Assembly (NCBI RefSeq): GCF_009914755.1
Contig: NC_060927.1
DNA: 64,000 bases
Reading direction: 5' to 3' (one strand)
From: the human T2T-CHM13v2.0 reference genome, Homo sapiens
Positions within the stretch are counted from its first letter, which is position 1, and each line of letters starts with the position of its first letter. The notes under the pieces are model-generated. The model was not told the DNA's origin, did not search any database, and was given only the letters and a program-made list of their open reading frames with translations. Both the position numbers and the translations under genes were made by a program. This document shows, one piece after another, positions 49,983-64,000 of this stretch.

Positions 49983-50961
49983 GCTATATATATGGCTGTT
50001 TATCAGCAGATAGCTGTATTGATGCAGCACAAATATATCAATAGGAACAGGCTAGGAATCGGAACAGGTGTAATTGTTATTATTGTTATTTTTGAGACAG
50101 AGTCTTGCTCTGTTGCCTAGGCTGGAGTGCAGTGGTGTGATCTTGGCTCACTGCAACCTCTGCCTCCTGGGTTAAGTGACTCTCCTGCTTCAGCCTCCCA
50201 AGTAGCTGGAGTAGCTGGGATTACAGGTATGCGTCATCATGCCCAGCTAATTTTTTTATTTTTAGTAGAGATGGGGTTTTGCCATGTTGGCCAGGCTGGT
50301 CTTGAACTCCAACCTCAGGTGATCTGCGTGCCTCGGCCTCCCAAAGTGCTGGGATTACAGGCGTGAGCCACTGCGCCTGGACTGTAATTATTTTTAGTGA
50401 GGTATTTTATGTTCACTCTAGGACACAGATAACAACAGGGTCAGATTAGACAGAGGTTCAGAACTTAGGGAATGATAGGCAAAGGTTAGGGTCTAATCAG
50501 TGTACAAGAGAATATGGCTTATCTAGATTCAAAAGGAAATCCAAAAGACCAAAGCCTAGAGGTTCAAGTGACAGTTCAGGAATCCCAAGTAGCATCTGTC
50601 CAGCATAAGCTAAGGGAACAAGAAGGACAAAGTAGAATTCAGGGAGTCCAGTTTCAGTTTTGCAGCGAGTGGTCTGCGAACTCAGCTCAAGGCAGAGGTG
50701 TAAGGAGCCCAATAAGCAAATTATTTATAAACCAGATCTCTGGAATCTAAGAGCAAATCAAACATTCACAATCAAGAGTTAAGAGTAATTTTACCTACTA
50801 AAAATACAAAAAATTAGCTGGGCGTAGTGGCACAGGCCTGTAGTCTCAGCTACTCAGGAGGTTGAGGCCTGAGAATTGCTTGAACCCAGGAGGCAGAGGT
50901 TGCAGTGAGCCAAGATTGCACTATTGCACTCCAGCCTGGGCGACAGAGGATGGCTCTGTCT

Positions 50962-50999
<38 letters not shown>

Positions 51000-51639
51000 T
51001 AGTTGTATAGTTGTAGCTCACTGGACACAAAGAACACTACGACTATCAGTCAACTTGATTACAGCAGGAATAGGAATTCTGGGTTATGCCTCAAAGCATA
51101 CACACTTAAATAACTGCCCTGGTTTCTTGCCAGTGTGAATGTTTCTTGTGATGTCATTACATGCTTCCTCTCTGATCCCACTTGCCAACATCCTTCCCTT
51201 ACTTGAAAATTTATCTCTATCAAACAGGATATGAGGAAGTGACACTGAACATTTATTTAGTCTGTTTCCCATCCACATACACCCGGAATGATATTCTAAG
51301 ATAATCAGCTCCTCACTTGATCTTTCTTTTACTACCATAGCGCATCTCTCAAGTTACTGTTGTCTCCCATAAGGCTTTCCAATGGACAATCTTAGGGCCC
51401 TGCTCATGACTGCTGGGTATTACAGGGTCCGTATTGTTTAGAGCAGCTACACAGCAAAAACAGCACGAAGAGAAGTGGGGCAGGGGACAGGAATCACATA
51501 TACTGCAGGTAGGCCATGAGGAACTTGCAAAGGAGCATGAGGAGGAGGAAGGCCTCATCACTTTGCTTATAACAATTCTTCACAACAGTGTAAGGTAATC
51601 ATCACACTTCTTCCATAAAGAGCCAGAAAGTAACTATCT

Positions 51640-51770
51640 CAGGATTCTCAGGCCAGACCATCTCTATTGAAACTACTTAACTTTGTCACTGTAGCATGAA
51701 AGCAGACAGAAACAAGTACATGAATGGGCATGGCTGTGTTCCAATAAAATTTAATTTACAAAAACAGGTG
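51640..51770. mobile_element. MER58 fragment
   Basis: aatgggcatggctgtgttccaataaaatttaatttacaaaaacagg. Confidence 0.65.
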
Positions 51771-52224
51771 TCATTAATGGCCTGAGCTCTTTACTTCCAT
51801 TGTATGTCCTTAGGGAACTGATCACACAGTAATGTTATTATTGGTTTGCCATCCTTGCCCCTCCCCAAGACTGTAAGCTCTTTAACAGGCATGGAATGGG
51901 TCTCATCTCTATAGCCCCAGATAGCACTTAGCAGAATGCCTGATAAACAGTAAGTGCTTAATAACTGTTGCCTGAATTAATGAATGAGAAAACAAAACCT
52001 CCATTATATTATCACTACATAGCATAAGGGTGAGCAAAAGCATACACACACAAAAGGGTGCCAATGTGTGCATGGAGGGGGAGTTAACATTTTTTGAACA
52101 TTTAAAATATGCTGGGCATTTTACATAAATTATTTGTCAAGCCTTGTGACTATCCCATTTCTGTAGATGAAGACACTAAGGCTCAAAAATTTAGGTAAGG
52201 TGCCCCGAATCTCTTTCTGTATTA

Positions 52225-57545
<5,321 letters not shown>

Positions 57546-58040
57546 AAATGCATCAATATCATTGACAATAAGAAGTACTGGATCTAGAAATTTATCACTG
57601 CAAGTTGCTTCCACCTAAGCATCTAATGAAGCACATACACTGGCTTTAATCATTGTGCTTCTTGAACCATTCTTCATGATTAGATATATTTCCACCCTAA
57701 CTTATAGCTATAGCTGCCTTCACTGAGGTCCAGATCCAAATCTGTATCCCTTAAAGGCAGAATTGGGCCAGAGACTGCATGTTCACTTGTTAGAAATTCT
57801 ACTATAAAGCTCACTAGTTACTTCATCAGGAAAATTTTTAAGAGTAGATATCTTAATGTTACTACTTTTAAAAACAGAGCATGACTTTCAGAATGCTTTA
57901 AAGATGAAATATTTTAAATAAGAAATAAACATTAATACAAATCCAACTTCACATAGAACAGAGCAGAAAAAGAATAAGGAGTTGTAATACAAAATCAAAG
58001 TGGAAGAATAAGAACTAGATAATCATTAAAATGTTCTTAC

Positions 58041-58227
58041 CGATGCAGTTTGCCACCATAAAATGGCTTGGTATGAAAAGTGATGCTGGCTGAATATCCA
58101 GTTTTTGCACAGTTGACACTGACTTTGCCACCCAGTTCTACCCAAGGAACAGTCAAAATTGACCGAGCATATGCACAGGGTAGAGAAAATGTGTACTCTT
58201 CTCCATGCTCCAACAGACTAAGGATAC
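58041..58227 (-). CDS. OSBPL11: OSBPL11 exon ([62 protein letters not shown])
   Basis: ttcag|GT ... CG|gtaag. Length 187 nt. Carries the ORD motif [13 protein letters not shown]. Confidence 0.96.
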
Positions 58228-59675
58228 CTGAATGTGAAAACATGAGGGTGGTTAACATCTTTTTAAAGAAACAGCTAATGAAACAATCCATATTAATTTT
58301 GTTCTTGTCTAGTAAATAAGCATCATTATTTTTCCTAACCTTCATTTAACTTTCAATGAAACTGACTTCATTTATAACTATATCTGACATTACCAGGCAA
58401 TAGTGAATCAGGTTTACTTTCACTATGACATGACCTTTCCATCAATTTGAGGTTCATGAAACCAGTAAATGTTACAGTGGAAACATTTCAAGGGTTTTCT
58501 CTAATGCTCCTAAAAATAATTTTTTTTTTGAGACGGAGTTTTGTGCTTGTTGCCCAGGCTGGAGTGCAGTGGCGTGATCTTGGCTCACTGCAACCTCCGA
58601 CTCCTGGGTCGAATGATTCTCCTGCCTCAGCCTCCCAAGTAGCTGGAATTACAGGTGCCCGCCACCATACCTAGCTAATTTTTTTGTATTTTTAGTGGAG
58701 ACGGGGTTTCACCATGTTGGCCAGGCTGGTCTCGCACTCCTGACCTGAGGCGATCCACCTGCTTCGGCCTCCCAAAACGCTGGGATTACAGGCGTGAGCC
58801 ACTGTGCCTGGCCCCTGAAAATAATTTTTTAAAAAAGGCCTTCAGTCAGAGTTTAAGACAATGGTATGCTAAAATTTTATCATTAGTATGAATAACTTTT
58901 TAACAGTTTGGGAATAACTAGATATTCAATGTTATAAAGTCATAGACATTCATCTAAGACAGTATAATGGGAAAAAATTGTTCTTCATTCTATTCTATGT
59001 ATATTAAGAAAGAAAAAATGTTGTTTGATTATAAAAACTATGGTCATAATAATTTTGTTTGCCAAATTATAAAATATTTATGGTGAAGCTAGAAGAGATA
59101 ATAGTGGTGGTTTTCAAACAAATATTATTCTAATGGAGAAAGGAGCTTGTTCCATATTAAGTGATGCTAATTAAAGATGGTTTAAAAGGTTTTATAAAAA
59201 GGGGACTATATTAATAAATAATCACTGTATACTAGATAATTAAGGGATACTAAGGATACTCGAGCTACATTACTAACCTTCTAAACTCATTACCTGTGTC
59301 ATCAACAGACCACATATTGAAGTGGATATATACTACTAGTCCAAACTTTTATGGCATCTCCCTCTTAATAAATGCTCGTTAAGCACTCAGTTCTCAATGT
59401 TCACAAATAAGGGCAAGTATATGATAAATATTTTAATATAGTTAATTTTTAGGATAAGCAAATAGACAAAATGAGATTCTAAAGTAGCCTACACAAAGCA
59501 ACATCAACTATTTTTTTTTTTTGTATTGCTCTTAATAGTCTTCACAAAGGGCAACAATAAATTAAGGTTTATTGAGCCATTTCCCAAAAAACATGGTTCT
59601 GGCTATATTTATACATGAGAGCTGTCAGATGACAGACAACATACTTGTATATATTTTAAGTCTTTTTTTTTTTGA

Positions 59676-59965
<290 letters not shown>

Positions 59966-61005
59966 TGACTTTTACTTACTTTCTGTTGAGGATATCGATA
60001 ACCATTAAATTTCCAATATATTCCATTAATATGTAGCAGCACAATAAAAAATTATTTACATACCTCCTTTATAATTAAAGCATGGTTAAGACATGAATGC
60101 TTTTCTCCATTTCTTTTTAAAAAATTTTACATTTGAGACAAGGTTCTCCTCTGTCATGCAGGCTGGAGTACAGTGGCACGATCATGGCTCACTGCTGCCT
60201 CAATTTCCTGAGCTCAAGTGATCCTGCCACCTCAGTCTCCCAAGTACCTGAGATTATAGAAGCAAGCCAACATGCCCAGTTAATTTTTTTTTTAAAATTT
60301 TTGTAGAGATAGGGTCTCATTATGTTGCCCAGTCTGGTCTCAAACTCCTGGGTTCAAGCTATCCTTCCACCTCGGCCCACCAAAGTGTTGAGATTACAGG
60401 TGTGAGCCACTGTGCTGGGCTTTTCTTCACTTCTTGAAGTACTTCCTTTCTTGCAGTGTGAGAGGCTACCATTTCCAGATTCTTACTGTTACATGAACTG
60501 ATAAGATTAACTGTCCTTTGGGAGAGTGTCAAAGAATATGGTTCTAAATGTGTCTATTCCTTAACATTTATGACCTTAGACATGTCTCATCATCTCTAGA
60601 CTTCAGTTTTTTTTCACTTATAAAATAAGCAAGTTGATCTATGAAGTGCTTAAGGCTAACGTGACGGAGCTTATGATGGAGGGTAGCAAACTTTTTGTTT
60701 TTAACTAATAAAATATGAATGATTTCAGCTGGGTGTAGTAGCTCACAACTGTAATCCCAGAACTTTGGGAAGCTGGGGTGGGTGGATCACTTGAGCTCAC
60801 AAGTTTGAGACCAGCTTGGGCAACATGGCAAAAATCTCATCTTTACAAAAAATACAAAAATTGGTTGGGCATGGTGGCGCACGCCTGTAATCCCAGCTAC
60901 TGTGGAAGCTGGGGTGGGAGGATGGCCTGAGCCTGGGAGGCAGAGATTGCAGTGAGCCAAGATGGCCCCACTGCACTTCAACCTGGGCGACACAGCTAGA
61001 CCGTG

Positions 61006-61006
<1 letters not shown>

Positions 61007-61036
<30 letters not shown>
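61007..61036. repeat. (CA)n microsatellite in an Alu tail
   Basis: Read directly from the sequence. Confidence 0.9.
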
Positions 61037-61037
<1 letters not shown>

Positions 61038-62203
61038 CAAACAAAAAAAAAAAGAGAGAGTACTTTCTAATGTTATAAAAGTTGTAATTAACTTGAAATA
61101 TTATTTGGAAATTGGTAAGACATATTACAACAGAACTTAAAAATGAGGAAAACTGAAAAAGAGGATACTTTCTTCATAACGACTATAACACAATCTCAAA
61201 ATATTAGATTGGCTTAATGATGCCATGCTTACACTGTAAGATGACATTCAGAGCATAGTGTTCTTTGCATAAGAGTTTTCCTTTAACATAAAAGTGGTAT
61301 TTTTTTCCTATCATTATATTTTCATTAACTCTTCAATAATTTCTGTGGAGATTTTTGTTTTTGTTTCATATTCTTGGTCAAAAAACTCTGCATTTCCAAA
61401 AATAATTTTTTCATAATCTTCTGATGAAGTAGAATTAACTTTTATCAGCATATATTTTTAAATATTCTATGAATAGCACCTAAATATTCTATGAATAGCA
61501 CCTCTGGCCTCCATCTCCTAAAGTGCTGAGATTACAGGCTAATGCCTGGAGGTGGAGGCCAAAGGATCACTTGAGCCCAGGAGTTCATGACCAGCCTGGG
61601 CAACATATTGAGACCCTGTCTCTAAAAATAAAAATTAAAAAAATTAGCCTAGCATGGTGGTGCATGCCTGTAGTCCTAGCTACTTGGGAGGCTGAGGCAG
61701 GAGGATGGCTTGAGCCGAGTAGGTCAAGGCTGCAGTTAGTTATGACCATGCCACTGCACTTCAGCCTGGGCAACAGAGCAAGACCCTGTTTCTAAAAAAA
61801 AAAAAAAAAAAAAAATTAAATTAAATTAAAAAAAAGGATGGAAAATCTATTTCATAGAATATTATGCAGTCATTAAAATATGTTTTATCAATGACATGAT
61901 AAAATGAATATATTTAATTTAAAAAGCAGGACTCAAAACTATATATATTATTAATTCTAATTTTATAAGGCTAAAAGTATGAACATACACACACAGAAAA
62001 AGTATAAAATATTAAATTTATATATATATGGATGCAGGCATTACAGAAGCTTTTATTTTCTGCTTTGTACTTTTCTAGTTTTCCAAATATTTGATAAGAA
62101 ATATTTAAAATCGCCAGGCACGGTGGCTCATGCCTGTAATCCCATCACTTTGGGAGGCCGAGGTGGGTGGATCATCAGAGGTCAGGAGTTTGAGACCAGC
62201 CTA

Positions 62204-62437
<234 letters not shown>

Positions 62438-62801
62438 TTAAAATCAGAAAAAAATAATTTAAAAAGAGAATTTACATTAGTTCATAGATATACTCCTCCC
62501 ATCCCCACAAGAAGCATTCTGGAACACTCTAGAAATTGGAGCGAAAAAGTAACATAATATTTTAAACTTAGAGTTAATATTTATCTGGGGTTCCTAAATT
62601 TAAGATTGTAGTTTGATATTAAAAATTATAAAACAGGCACTTGACCTTCACGTGCCTGCTTGGGTTTCTCCCAAGCGAACTTTCCTTTCTTTCCTGTTCT
62701 AAAGCCTTTTAAAGTAAACTTTCATTCCTGCTTGGAAAAAAAAATACATATATATATGTGTGTGTGTATATATATATATATAAAATAATTTTTCTACTTA
62801 C

Positions 62802-63300
62802 CTTCTCCAACCATTGTCACGCCTATTGACATGCCTAAGAACTTGCTCTTAGTCCAGACATGCGCATTTACACACATCTTCCTCTCTGTACATTCTGCAT
62901 AAAATCCTGAGACTGGAGGATGATGAGAAACCTGCTCAGCAACAAATCTGACTGTGTAACAGTCTGATCCCACCTGGGTCAAAGACTCCCCCGATAAAGG
63001 AGCATGATTTGTGACTCCCTGGGTGGAAGAACTGCTAAAAACACTGGATGCTACCTCGCTTTTTGGCATCTTCCAGGAACAGTGAAATGTTTCTCCAATG
63101 ATAGGATTGTATGGTTTTTTAGCAATGGCTCCCTTACGGCCTTCATGAAATGAGGTAAGGTAGTACTCAACAAAGCGAATCATTCTGTCCTCAGCTGTGG
63201 CTCCATTAGTGATGGCTATAAATAGGTCTGGATGAGACATAAAGTCTGCATACATTTCCAGCAAGGAACGCTTCTCTAGGATAAATGTAGGAAGCACCAC
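62802..63300 (-). CDS. OSBPL11: OSBPL11 large ORD exon with OSBP fingerprint EQVSHHPP
   Basis: ttttag|GTG ... G|gtaagt. Length 499 nt. Carries [19 protein letters not shown] and EQVSHHPP. Confidence 0.97.
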
Positions 63301-64000
63301 CTAAAACAACAATCAATGAAAGAGGGGAAATTTAATCCATGTGTAGCATATCTGTAGACAACTATTCTCTCTCTGAAAACATTTCATTCTAGATGGGTAT
63401 TAAAAACAAAGTCACAAAGAAAAAGTATTCAGTCACATTAAAAAATAAGCATTCTTGGCCAGGCGCAGTGGCTCATGCCTATAATCACAGCCCTTTGGGA
63501 GGCCAAGTTGGGAGGATTGTTTCAGCACAGGAGTTCGAAACCAGCTGAGGCAACATAGTGGAACCGTGTCTCTACAAAAGTTACAAAAATTAGCTGGGCA
63601 TGGTGCCTTGTGCCTGTGGTCCCAGCTGCTCAGGAGGCTGAGGTGGGAGGATCACCTGGGAGGTCAAGGCTACAATGAGCCATGACTGCGCCACTGCACT
63701 TGTACCTGAGCAACAGAGTGAGACCCTGTCTTAACAACAACAACAAAAAAGCATTCTTAAAAGGACAGGCAAATCTGCCCAAGACTAAACATAAATTCAA
63801 GAGAGTCAGAAGAAACTTCAAAAAAATCCTCAAACTTCTAGACTGGATAAAAGTATCACCAGGGAAATGGTGTTAAAACTCAAAGTAAATGTTAGCCATG
63901 CCTTTGCTCCTTTCCTATGTTAAAATTAAATTGTATATGAATGACCAAGACATGAGAAAAGTCAATAAATGTCATTCCCTGAGAACAGACTAAAGAGATC

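Noticed and set aside
50400-50790. Purine-rich segment possibly from an ancient Gypsy-like LTR
   Set aside because: Similarity too vague to call without a Dfam search.

Overview
Primate (almost certainly human) genomic DNA, very Alu-rich, with two tandem minus-strand genes. The left half holds SNX4 (sorting nexin 4): CpG-island promoter near 30.3-31.0 kb and coding exons 1-6, with the gene continuing past position 1. The right half holds the last five exons and the ~1.66 kb 3'UTR of OSBPL11 (ORP11, OSBP-related lipid-transfer domain), with the gene continuing past 64000. All 11 exons were checked by hand for GT/AG boundaries and phase. Nearly all other ORFs in the supplied track are Alu or L1 translation artefacts. 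The ~8.6 kb intergenic gap holds a solo HERV-H LTR7, a THE1 LTR and a Y3-RNA retrocopy split by an Alu. SNX4 intron 1 holds a Y1-RNA retrocopy, a degraded L1 with target-site duplications (TSDs), and MLT1 and Charlie relics. I see no evidence for a wholly new biological system. The best leads are a phase-compatible OSBPL11-SNX4 read-through fusion, an LTR7 oriented toward SNX4, a miR-7/miR-124 8mer pair in the OSBPL11 3'UTR, a GGGCT G-quadruplex array after SNX4 exon 1, and several small rearrangement scars. Repeat subfamily names come from remembered consensus sequences and repeat coordinates are approximate.
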